The position numbers were made by a program, and so were the translations under genes. The notes below the pieces were generated by a model that was not told where the DNA came from, searched no databases, and was given only the letters and a program-made list of their open reading frames with translations. A stretch of DNA of 32,000 nt from Coprobacillaceae bacterium (GTDB lineage: Bacteria; Bacillota_I; Bacilli_A; Erysipelotrichales; Coprobacillaceae), in contig OY776328.1 in assembly GCA_963675515.1 (NCBI GenBank), positions 1,110,001-1,142,000 of the forward strand. Reading direction: 5' to 3'. Of this stretch, positions 7,969-16,280 are shown piece after piece (within the stretch, counting starts at the first letter, position 1; each line of letters starts with the position of its first letter).

Positions 7969-8527
7969 AATTTTCTCCTTTTTGAATAACCCTTTTTATC
8001 GATCTGTATGAAGGGATCAGAAATGGCACATCCTTCTTGTAATCCTGATAGTCATGGAACGTCCTTACAAAGGTGTAGTTGTCCTGGATGACAATGTAGA
8101 TCAGGTTCATCAATGAAGAGACTGCCGCGAAAAGTGTGAAAGTCATGTCATTGAAGACGAAGATCAAAGAGACATACATCAAGATGAACCATAAAACCCC
8201 GATATGTCGTGATAAACCGTACATTCCCGTTCTTATTGCCTTGGTCTGGTCGAATGCGACATAGGTCGATTCGAATGGCAGGGCGAAAAACAGGGTGTAG
8301 ATCAGCAGGCATAAAAATATAAGCGCGCAGCCTATCAGTATGATTGACGAGCTTGTAAAAGCGATGGCGTCTTTAAGCCGGTAAAACAAAGCGACATTGG
8401 TCAGTGTGAAGATTCCACTCGCAAACAGAAACAGTTTGTCGAGCAGTTTGTTCTTAATTGTGACACTGTTGATGTCATAGATAATATATAGACTAAAAAC
8501 TCCAAATGCAATCAAGTGATAGATCAT
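7958..8527 (-). CDS. Small polytopic membrane protein, ICMT/PEMT-like (isoprenylcysteine carboxyl / phospholipid methyltransferase family-like)
   Basis: The track ORF starts at a TTG (8542). The ATG at 8527 with GGGGGA 7 nt upstream is preferred, giving 189 aa and 5-6 TM helices. The C-terminal pattern TGMYGLSRHIG...DYQDYKKDVPFLIP resembles the ICMT/PEMT signature (G-x-Y-x-x-x-RHP...Y-x-x-Y-x-x-x-V-x-x-x-IP). Confidence 0.45.
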   Translation of the reverse strand: MIYHLIAFGVFSLYIIYDINSVTIKNKLLDKLFLFASGIFTLTNVALFYRLKDAIAFTSSSIILIGCALIFLCLLIYTLFFALPFESTYVAFDQTKAIRTGMYGLSRHIGVLWFILMYVSLIFVFNDMTFTLFAAVSSLMNLIYIVIQDNYTFVRTFHDYQDYKKDVPFLIPSYRSIKRVIQKGENYEF

Positions 8528-8939
8528 AGCGCAATCCCCCAAAAATATGATAACACTATTTTTAGTAATTTACTAATATTATCGTAAAAATATGCGCTTT
8601 TTTTGCATCATTTGTCTCTTAACAAGAGGATATTTAGATTATTATTACCAATATGTTATAAAATAGACAAATAGTTTTGTATAAAAAACAAATACGGAAA
8701 TTTCTTGTCAAGCAAATATATTTTACATATGTAACATAATTTAATGGTGGGTAATAAATATTGCTGGGTTTCCCCGCTCCTTCATTCATGAATATCGTCA
8801 GATCTTAACGCCTATGAAACAATGTTTCGTAAATATGGATAAATCGGATAAAATCATGAAACGAAATTGAGAAGTAAGGTCCTGCCCTTTACAAAATATT
8901 TTAAAGTTTTAAAATGGAAGCAAATAAGGAGGATTTACA

Positions 8940-10319
8940 ATGGAAAGAAAGTTCCCAAAAGATTTTTACTGGGGTGGCTCAGTTTCTTCATTCCAGACTG
9001 AAGGTGCCCGTGATGAAGGTGGAAAAGGTCTGTGCATCTATGATGTCCGCCCGACCAATCCAGAATTCAGCGACTGGTCGGTGGCAATCGATGCCTACCA
9101 CCGTTATGACGAAGATATCGCCTTGATGAAAGAGATGGGCTTCAATTTTTACCGTTTCTCGATCTGCTGGTCTAGGATCATCCCCAACGGTGATGATGCG
9201 GTCAATGAAGAGGGTGTAAAATTCTACAGCGATCTTATTGACAAGCTGATCGCGGCTGGTATCGAGCCGATGATCACGCTGGTCCACTTCGACATGCCTT
9301 ACAAGCTGGTTAAGGAACATAACGGTTTTGCTTCAAGGTTTGTCGTTGACTGCTTTGAACGATATGCTCGAGTTTGCATCGAACGATTCGGTGATAGGGT
9401 AAAACATTGGATGAGTTTCAATGAACAGAACCTTCACGGGATGATGTTAAGGGTGTCGAATGCCGAAACGGTGCCTGAAGGAGTCGACCCTGCCAAACAT
9501 CTCTACCAGGTCAACCACAATGTCTTCATCGCCCATTGCAAGGCGGTAAGAGCGTTGCGCCAGCTCCAAAGCGATGCCAAGTTCTGCGGGATGAATGCGG
9601 TGACCAATTTCTATCCGGCAACCAACACTCCTAAAAACAACCTGTTTGCCTGGCAGGCGTACCAATACATGAACGGATTCCATTGCGATGTGTTCACATA
9701 TGGAAAATATCCCGACTATATGGTGGCCTATCTGGAAAACCGTGGCTGGATGCCTGTTTTCGAAGATGAGGATGAGGAACTGTTGAAATATACGGTTGAC
9801 TATATCGCATTTAGCTATTACCGTTCGAACACCCTGACCGAAGGGGAATTCGACTACAAACGGCCATACCATGAAATCGTCGGGGAACATACCATTAAGA
9901 ATCCAAACCTGGAAGCCAATGAATGGAACTGGGAAATCGATGCGATCGGTTTTAGATGGACACTAAACGAACTGGCAAACCGTTCACACCTGCCGGTGTT
10001 CGTTCTTGAAAACGGGATCGGATGGCGCGAAGAGCTTGACGAAAATGGAATGATCGAAGACGACTACCGCATCTGTTATCACCGCGACCATATCCAGGAA
10101 ATGAAAAACGCGATGATCGAAGAAGGTGTCAACTGCATGGGTTACGTGACCTGGGGACCAATCGACATCCCGGCAAGCATGTGTGACATGTCGAAACGCT
10201 ACGGTTTCGTCTTTGTCAACCGCACAAACAAGGACTTGCGCGACCTGGCAAGAATCCCGAAAAAATCATTCAAATGGGTCAAAAAAGCCTTCGAATCTAA
10301 TGGGGAAGATTTGGCTTAG
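8940..10319 (+). CDS. Glycoside hydrolase family 1, 6-phospho-beta-glucosidase type
   Basis: 459 aa. The N-terminus is FPKDFYWGGSVSSFQTEGA, the acid/base motif is SFNEQN and the nucleophile motif is LENGIG. The C-terminal S..MSKRYGFVFVN is typical of phospho-sugar-specific GH1 enzymes. A strong RBS, AAGGAGG, precedes the start. Confidence 0.88.
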   Translation: MERKFPKDFYWGGSVSSFQTEGARDEGGKGLCIYDVRPTNPEFSDWSVAIDAYHRYDEDIALMKEMGFNFYRFSICWSRIIPNGDDAVNEEGVKFYSDLIDKLIAAGIEPMITLVHFDMPYKLVKEHNGFASRFVVDCFERYARVCIERFGDRVKHWMSFNEQNLHGMMLRVSNAETVPEGVDPAKHLYQVNHNVFIAHCKAVRALRQLQSDAKFCGMNAVTNFYPATNTPKNNLFAWQAYQYMNGFHCDVFTYGKYPDYMVAYLENRGWMPVFEDEDEELLKYTVDYIAFSYYRSNTLTEGEFDYKRPYHEIVGEHTIKNPNLEANEWNWEIDAIGFRWTLNELANRSHLPVFVLENGIGWREELDENGMIEDDYRICYHRDHIQEMKNAMIEEGVNCMGYVTWGPIDIPASMCDMSKRYGFVFVNRTNKDLRDLARIPKKSFKWVKKAFESNGEDLA

Positions 10320-10454
10320 TCTGTAAAACAACAATAGGCAATTAACCGGGATTATGCTATAATACCGATGATTAAGTTGCATAACTTAAAATACTGTATA
10401 ATAGAACTACGGGCGATTGCCTTCTTGCAACATGTAAAATACGAGGAGAAAACA

Positions 10455-11417
10455 ATGGAAATTTTGAAATTAGCGCCAGCCTTCAAGGATTATTTATGGG
10501 GAGGGCTCAAACTAGTTGAGCAGTACAACAAGAAAAGCGACCTGGAAAAGGTGGCTGAAAGCTGGGAAATGTCGAACCACAAGGATGGTTCATCGACAAT
10601 CATCTCCGGTGAATATCAGGGGTCAAGCTTCAGGGATTACCTGGAAAAAGTCGGGAAAGGCGCATGGGGGACCAAGGCGGCCAAGTATGACAATTTCCCG
10701 ATCATGATCAAATTCATCGATGCCAAACAGGCTCTAAGCATCCAGGTGCATCCTAATGACGAATATGCCCTGAAATACGAAGGGGAATTCGGAAAGAACG
10801 AATTCTGGTATGTCCTGGAAGCCGAAGAAGGTGCCTTCTTGTACTACGGTGTCAACCAGAAGATGACCAAAGAAGAGTTCAGGGATCACATCGACAAGGG
10901 TGTCATCTGCGATTATCTCAAGAAGGTCGAAGTGAAAAAAGGCGATTGCTTCTATATCGAAACCGGAACAATCCATGCCATCGGAGCGGGAATCGTGATC
11001 GCCGAGATCCAACAATGTTCGAACTCGACCTACCGGGTGTTCGATTTCAACCGGCTTGGAGTGGACGGGCAGCCCCGGGAACTCCATATCGACAAGGCCG
11101 TGGCGGTGTCAAGACTGACTCCAAACGCCTCGAGCGGTGAACCCGATGGGAAAGTCGAAAAACATGTTGGGTTCGAGAAGCTGCTTCTCACCGAAAACAG
11201 CTACTTCAACTGCACCAAATTCGATGTGACCGACAGTCTGGATCTTGATGTTACAACCGAAAGTTTCCAGGCGCTTACCATCCTCGAAGGCCAAGGGACA
11301 ATCAGCGATGGTGACCAGGCTATCGAGCTTGCCAAAGGCGACAGCATCTTCATCCCGGCCCAAACCGGAAAGGTAACCCTAAAAGGTGCCATCAGTTTCA
11401 TCCAGACCCAATTATAG
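10455..11417 (+). CDS. manA: Mannose-6-phosphate isomerase, class I (Firmicute type)
   Basis: The true start is likely the ATG at 10455, after GAGGAGAAAACA. The track start at 10368 is an upstream extension. MEILKLAPAFKDYLWGG, SIQVHPND, EFWYVLEA and IHAIGAGIVIAEIQQ.SN.TYR are class I PMI motifs. Confidence 0.88.
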   Translation: MEILKLAPAFKDYLWGGLKLVEQYNKKSDLEKVAESWEMSNHKDGSSTIISGEYQGSSFRDYLEKVGKGAWGTKAAKYDNFPIMIKFIDAKQALSIQVHPNDEYALKYEGEFGKNEFWYVLEAEEGAFLYYGVNQKMTKEEFRDHIDKGVICDYLKKVEVKKGDCFYIETGTIHAIGAGIVIAEIQQCSNSTYRVFDFNRLGVDGQPRELHIDKAVAVSRLTPNASSGEPDGKVEKHVGFEKLLLTENSYFNCTKFDVTDSLDLDVTTESFQALTILEGQGTISDGDQAIELAKGDSIFIPAQTGKVTLKGAISFIQTQL

Positions 11418-11440
11418 ACATCATTGCGATGTCTTTTTTT
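11416..11440 (+). terminator. Rho-independent terminator after manA
   Basis: AGACATC attgc GATGTCT followed by TTTTTT. The hairpin overlaps the stop codon. Confidence 0.75.
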
Positions 11441-11444
11441 GTAG

Positions 11445-11474
11445 CAAAAAAGACCCGACTATGCAGGTCGAGCC
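11445..11474 (-). terminator. Rho-independent terminator after the lipoprotein gene
   Basis: On the minus strand: GGCTCGAC ctgcata GTCGGGTC (8 bp with 2 G-U pairs) followed by TTTTTT. Confidence 0.6.
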
Positions 11475-11491
11475 TTGGTTGAATTGGCATA

Positions 11492-12010
11492 TTAGTCATA
11501 GCCACCCTGGATTGGCGGGAGCTGCTTGTATTCGTCCTTGGCGATGACAATCTCGTGGATCCGTTCAAACAGGTTGCGCAGAGCTGTTGCCTTGGCGATG
11601 GTGACCAGGCCTTTGTCATCCCAGTGGATGGACTTGGTCTGGCCATCCAGGGTTATTTCGATATTATAGGTCACATAGGGCGATACTTCCACATCGGTTT
11701 CGGGATCGTAGATTTCGGGATAATCGAGGATGGCGATATCGCGCATCATCTGGTAAATCCCCGCCATTTCACCATCACTCAGCCTGAGGTCGGTTGTCAC
11801 CGGCGGTGCCATGACGAGGTCCTTGGTATAGGTGCCTTTGATCGTGTCGAGCGAGTTGCGAACTGTCACTCCATAATAGAGGACGAAACCGAAATCACCG
11901 GGCATAGTTTCAGGCATTTGTGAATCCGGTTTGGAAAGCAGGTTGCAGGATGTCAGGACAAATACAATGATCGTAAACAGGATGATAAGAATCTTCAATG
12001 ATCTGCGCAT
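11492..12010 (-). CDS. Putative lipoprotein, function unknown
   Basis: The ATG at 12010 is preceded by GGAGGTG. The N-terminus MRRSLKILIILFTIIVFVLTSC has a basic n-region, a hydrophobic core and an L-T-S-C lipobox. The track start at 12118 is an unlikely extension. Confidence 0.7.
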   Translation of the reverse strand: MRRSLKILIILFTIIVFVLTSCNLLSKPDSQMPETMPGDFGFVLYYGVTVRNSLDTIKGTYTKDLVMAPPVTTDLRLSDGEMAGIYQMMRDIAILDYPEIYDPETDVEVSPYVTYNIEITLDGQTKSIHWDDKGLVTIAKATALRNLFERIHEIVIAKDEYKQLPPIQGGYD

Positions 12011-12324
12011 GGAAACACCTCCATATTTTACATAAGCGGCTAAAGGATTAAGTAATGGAATTTTGCCTGCAACATCTGCTGCAAACTCAAAATTGATTGA
12101 TAGAATCATCCAAATCAACCGTCAAATGAATGGTTCATCTAATCTAATCATAGCACTGTCATCTGACGATTAAAACCGCAATGTCGAATATTTTTTCATT
12201 GATTGATGTGGTAGAATGGCCGGTATTGATGGACGGTACAACCTATAAACCAATCCGATTGCCATTTTCAGGAATGTTGTAATATAATGTAAGTGAATAC
12301 ATAAAAGGAAATGGAGAGATCACA

Positions 12325-13308
12325 ATGATAGAAAACCAATGGTACGCCGTATTGGCATCGAAACAGTTAAAAAAAGGCAAGATGCTTGGGGTTACAAGGC
12401 TCTCAAAAAAACTGGTGTTCTGGCGTGAAGGCGACCAGGTCAATTGCATCTTTGACAAATGTTGCCATCGGGGGGCCTCGCTGAGTGGAGGCAAACTGGT
12501 GGCCGGCCATGTCGAATGCCCCTTCCATGGCTTCTTGTACGATGGATCTGGGAAGGTGCAGGTCATTCCCGCCAATGGCAAGGGGGCGAAAGTTCCGGAC
12601 CGCTACCGGGTCAACTCTTATCCCTGCCTAGAGGCTTATGGTTTCATCTGGGTGTGGTATGGCAAATGGTCACAAGAACTGCCGGATATCCCTTTTTTCG
12701 AGGAACTCAAATCCGGTTATGTCTCAGGTGGCTTTAGTGAGACCTGGAATGTCCATTACACCCGGGCAATCGAGAACCAGCTCGATGTTGTCCATCTGCC
12801 ATTTGTCCACAAGACTACCATCGGCAGAGGGAACCGGACCCTTGTCAACGGTCCGGTGGTGACCTGGCAGGACAACCTGATGACATTCTATGTAAAAAAC
12901 GAGGAGGACATCGGTCAGATTCCCAAACGCCCCGGTGAGATCAATGAATACAGGAAACTCTTCCATCTCCAGCTGCTTATGCCCAACGTCTGGCAGAATG
13001 TCATCTCGGAACGCTTCCGGATCGTGGCCGTATTTGCCCCGATCGATGAAAGCTCCACCCATATCTATGTTCACATCTACCAGAACATAATCAAAGCGCC
13101 ACTTTTAAAAGATGTATTCAGCTTCTTTGGCGCGATGGGCAACCGGGTCGTCCTCCACCAGGACCGGAAGGTTGTGCTTACCCAGTTGCCCATCAGGAGC
13201 GAATTGAAGATGGACGAGAACCTGATCCAGGGCGATCTGCCGATCATCGAGTTCCGCAAAAAGAGGGATGCGTTGAAAAAGATCACCGAAGCCAGGTCTG
13301 ATGAATAA
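12325..13308 (+). CDS. Rieske [2Fe-2S] non-heme iron oxygenase family protein (PaO/KshA-like alpha subunit)
   Basis: The Rieske motif is CCHRGASL...CPFHGFLY (C-x-H ... C-x-x-H). The mononuclear iron motif is ENQLDVVHLPFVH (D-x2-H-x4-H). The RBS is GGAGAGA. Confidence 0.85.
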   Translation: MIENQWYAVLASKQLKKGKMLGVTRLSKKLVFWREGDQVNCIFDKCCHRGASLSGGKLVAGHVECPFHGFLYDGSGKVQVIPANGKGAKVPDRYRVNSYPCLEAYGFIWVWYGKWSQELPDIPFFEELKSGYVSGGFSETWNVHYTRAIENQLDVVHLPFVHKTTIGRGNRTLVNGPVVTWQDNLMTFYVKNEEDIGQIPKRPGEINEYRKLFHLQLLMPNVWQNVISERFRIVAVFAPIDESSTHIYVHIYQNIIKAPLLKDVFSFFGAMGNRVVLHQDRKVVLTQLPIRSELKMDENLIQGDLPIIEFRKKRDALKKITEARSDE

Positions 13309-13484
13309 TAATATTCAAGATCGGACAAAGGTATAATTCAAACAGCTTTCGGTTTTTTTCACAAATTGATTATTTGGTGCTTCTCTTGTGGGGCGAAGGT
13401 GCTATAATTATCTTAGAAAATGGGATGGCCGGCATTGCATATTTGATTGCCTTGAAAATGGCCGTAATGAAAAGAGGACAGTCT

Positions 13485-14021
13485 ATGAATCAAACCGAGA
13501 AGCGCCGGGCGCAACTGATCAGGGAATTGATCAAACTGACGGATGAGGAAGTTTTCGATGAGGAGTTCATCCATCTGCTGATTGGCCAGAAGCTGTCATT
13601 GAACTTGAACGACGACAAAAACATGACCTTCGGTCAGAAGGCGGCTGACAAGGTGGCCAAATTCGCCGGATCATGGGCATTCATTTTTTCATTTGTTGCC
13701 TGCATTGTCATCTGGATAGCGATCAACCTGATCATGCTTACCAATGCCTTCGACCAGTATCCTTTCATCCTGCTCAATTTGATTCTTTCATGCATTGCCG
13801 CCATCCAGGCGCCGCTGATCATGATGAGCCAGAACCGCCAGGAGGCCAAGGACCGGGAACGGGCGGAAAATGATTTCCGGGTCAATTTGAAAAGCGAAGC
13901 TATCATCGGTGATCTCTATTCCAAGATGGAGGCGGTATTGAAAACCCAGCATCGGATTATAACCGAACTCGAGGAACTCAAGAAGCGGGAATCCAAAGAA
14001 GACACCAAATTCCCCAATTGA
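13485..14021 (+). CDS. DUF1003 family membrane protein
   Basis: The ATG at 13485 follows AAGAGGA. FGQKAADKVAKFAGSWAFI..., two TM helices, then QAPLIMMSQNRQEAKDRERAENDFRVNLKSE match my recollection of DUF1003. Confidence 0.6.
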   Translation: MNQTEKRRAQLIRELIKLTDEEVFDEEFIHLLIGQKLSLNLNDDKNMTFGQKAADKVAKFAGSWAFIFSFVACIVIWIAINLIMLTNAFDQYPFILLNLILSCIAAIQAPLIMMSQNRQEAKDRERAENDFRVNLKSEAIIGDLYSKMEAVLKTQHRIITELEELKKRESKEDTKFPN

Positions 14022-14072
14022 CAGTAGTGGGATAACAGATATTGAAAACCAATCGATCGGGAGGCGGTAACC

Positions 14073-14651
14073 ATGAAATCGAAAAAGCCTGAAAGCTGGC
14101 ATCATTTCAAGGATCGCAGTCAATGGCGCAAATGGCTCGAAAGCCATCATGACAAGGAACCTTCAATCTGGATCGAAATCAAAAAGGCCAGGTCTCAACA
14201 GGCTGGCATTTATCTGGCCGAGGCTGTCGAAGAGGCCATCTGTTTTGGTTGGATCGACGGCAAGATATTTGGTGTCGATTAGGACCGGTACATAATCAGG
14301 ATGACACCCAGGCGGCCTGGAAGCGTCTGGTCGAAAATAAACCGGGACCGAGCGGTGGCATTGATAAATTCGGGGATGATGCGCGAGAGTGGGATGGAAT
14401 CAATCTCTGTCGCCAAGGCCAACGGCCAGTGGCAAAAAGCCTACAGTTCCAGGGAGGCTCCGTACCTGCCTGAAGATTTGTCTGATGCTTTGAAAAGCCG
14501 GGAAGGGGCTTTGGCCAGTTTCAAGGAGTGGACCAACTCCAAACAGCTTGCTGCAATCTCCTGGCTAAACCAAAGCAAACGGGACACAACCCGGATGGAA
14601 CGGATTGCCAGAATCGTAGATGCGGCAGCGAGCAACAGTTTTCTAAGATGA
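14073..14651 (+). pseudogene. YdeI/OmpD-associated family gene interrupted by an in-frame TAG at 14280-14282
   Basis: ORFs 14073-14282 and 14301-14651 are in the same frame. Read through, the sequence gives ...EAVEEAICFGWIDGKIFGVD*DRYIIRMTPRRPGSVWSKIN..., which is one continuous YdeI-like protein of about 190 aa. Confidence 0.6.
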
Positions 14652-14720
14652 AGTGAGTGACATTAAAACCGGCTTGATTTGATTTTTGGATGACAAGATT
14701 TACTCTTGAGGAGAAAAAAT

Positions 14721-16280
14721 ATGGCATTATTTGACAGCAAGCTAAAGGATGGCAACGGCAATGTCATCTATAAAGGGAAACTCAAGGACGGCAAACCTCA
14801 CGGCCAGGGGACTGCCTATGGAAGAACCGGTGAAAAGACCTATCAGGGCGAATGGGAATATGGAGTCCAAAAAGGGAGAGGAACCCAATACTATCCTGAC
14901 GGGTCCAAGGAGTACGAAGGCGACTGGCTGATGGGAAAACCCAACGGCTATGGCATCCTGTACGACAAATCAGGTATGAAGGTATATGCCGGAAGGTTCG
15001 CCGACAACAAATTCCAGGGCGATGGAATATCCTACCATCCCAATGGGATGAAGCAATATGAGGGCACCTTTATCAGCTCCAAGGCAGCCGGCTATGGCAC
15101 GAGCTACTTTGACACCGGCATCATCGCCTGCCAGGGCAGCTTTGAAAACGGTCAGGCTTACGGTCAGGCCACCAGCTTTCATGCAGACGGTTCCAAGCAA
15201 TACGAAGGAACCTTTGAAAAGGGGCTGTTCCAAGGCTATGGAATCCTGTATGGCAATGATGGCAGCATCGTCCACCAGGGCCAATTCGAGCAGGGAGAGC
15301 CGGTAAAACCGCCTAAATCCCAGCCTGATATCCAAAGCGAACAAGTCAAAGAAAGCCCGGTTGAATATCCGGAAATCAGGGAAGTTGAGCAACCGGCTAC
15401 CGGGGAACTTCACGATGAAGCGGGCAACCGTATCTACCAGGGTGCAATCGAAAATGGCTTGCGCACCGGAATGGGTATTTCCTACTACCAGGACGGCACA
15501 AAGGAATACGAAGGTTCATGGCAGGATGACAAGTTCCATGGCTTTGGCAGATTGTACCGCCCGGGCGGGTCGCTGTGGTATGAAGGCAGCTATCAAGTCG
15601 GTGTTGAAAACGGCTATGGCGTCCTTTACTCATCCCTGAATGGCAAAAAGGTCAGGGAAGGAAACTGGGTCGATGGCGTCCTGTCGGGTCCGGGCATTTC
15701 CTATTATGAAAGTGGCGCCCGGGAATATGAAGGCAGCTGGAAAGATGGCAAAAAAGACGGGCTGGGAACATCATTCAATGAAGATGGCGCGATCATTTAC
15801 AGCGGCAATTGGATCATGGACCTGACTGAGCTCCAAAGAAAAGAGAAGTCAGGGTCGATCTACGAGTACGGGGAACTCAAGTATATGGGCGAAATGCGAG
15901 ACGGTTTGCCTGATGGCCATGGCACATCCTATTACTCATCAGCGGCCCGGGAATATGTGGGCGACTGGGTCAGGGGCAAAAAAAGCGGGGAAGGTACGAT
16001 GTACACCCTGCCTGGAGACAAGTATTATGAAGGCTTCTGGCTCGACAATGAATGGACTTCGGGAATCTGGTATTATGACAACGGCAACAAGCGCTATGAA
16101 GGCGATTTTGCGAGCGGCCGCCGCTACAATGGTTATGGGGTGTCATATCACAAAAACGGCAATGTCGAATACAAGGGCATGTGGAATCAAGGCATGAAAC
16201 AAGGCAAGGGAACGCTATACGATGAAGCAGGGAATGAAATCTTCAGCGGCATGTGGAGTTATGACAAAAAATCCCAGTGA
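14721..16280 (+). CDS. MORN-repeat protein (about 20 repeats in two or three blocks)
   Basis: The ATG at 14721 follows GAGGAGAAAAAAT. Y-x-G-x-[WF]-x-x-G-x-x-x-G-x-G units recur about every 23 aa (for example YEGDWLMGKPNGYG, YEGSWQDDKFHGFG). I saw no signal peptide or TM helix. A Pro/Glu/Gln-rich linker lies near aa 197-232. Confidence 0.85.
   Translation: MALFDSKLKDGNGNVIYKGKLKDGKPHGQGTAYGRTGEKTYQGEWEYGVQKGRGTQYYPDGSKEYEGDWLMGKPNGYGILYDKSGMKVYAGRFADNKFQGDGISYHPNGMKQYEGTFISSKAAGYGTSYFDTGIIACQGSFENGQAYGQATSFHADGSKQYEGTFEKGLFQGYGILYGNDGSIVHQGQFEQGEPVKPPKSQPDIQSEQVKESPVEYPEIREVEQPATGELHDEAGNRIYQGAIENGLRTGMGISYYQDGTKEYEGSWQDDKFHGFGRLYRPGGSLWYEGSYQVGVENGYGVLYSSLNGKKVREGNWVDGVLSGPGISYYESGAREYEGSWKDGKKDGLGTSFNEDGAIIYSGNWIMDLTELQRKEKSGSIYEYGELKYMGEMRDGLPDGHGTSYYSSAAREYVGDWVRGKKSGEGTMYTLPGDKYYEGFWLDNEWTSGIWYYDNGNKRYEGDFASGRRYNGYGVSYHKNGNVEYKGMWNQGMKQGKGTLYDEAGNEIFSGMWSYDKKSQ

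Noticed and set aside
8814-8870. 18-codon uORF (MKQCFVNMDKSDKIMKRN) upstream of the GH1 gene
   Set aside because: It has no RBS, and it overlaps the GAAACA-A-TGTTTC palindrome, which is the more likely functional element.
5500-8940. Lower-GC stretch as a horizontally acquired island
   Set aside because: The AT-richness coincides with polytopic membrane segments (Phe/Ile/Leu/Lys codons) and an intergenic region. I saw no integrase, tRNA, direct-repeat boundaries or mobility genes.
14280-14282. TAG as a recoded sense codon (pyrrolysine or an alternative genetic code)
   Set aside because: TAG terminates several well-supported genes in this window at positions consistent with full-length family members. 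I saw no pyl genes or PYLIS-like context. A nonsense mutation or sequencing error is the simpler explanation.
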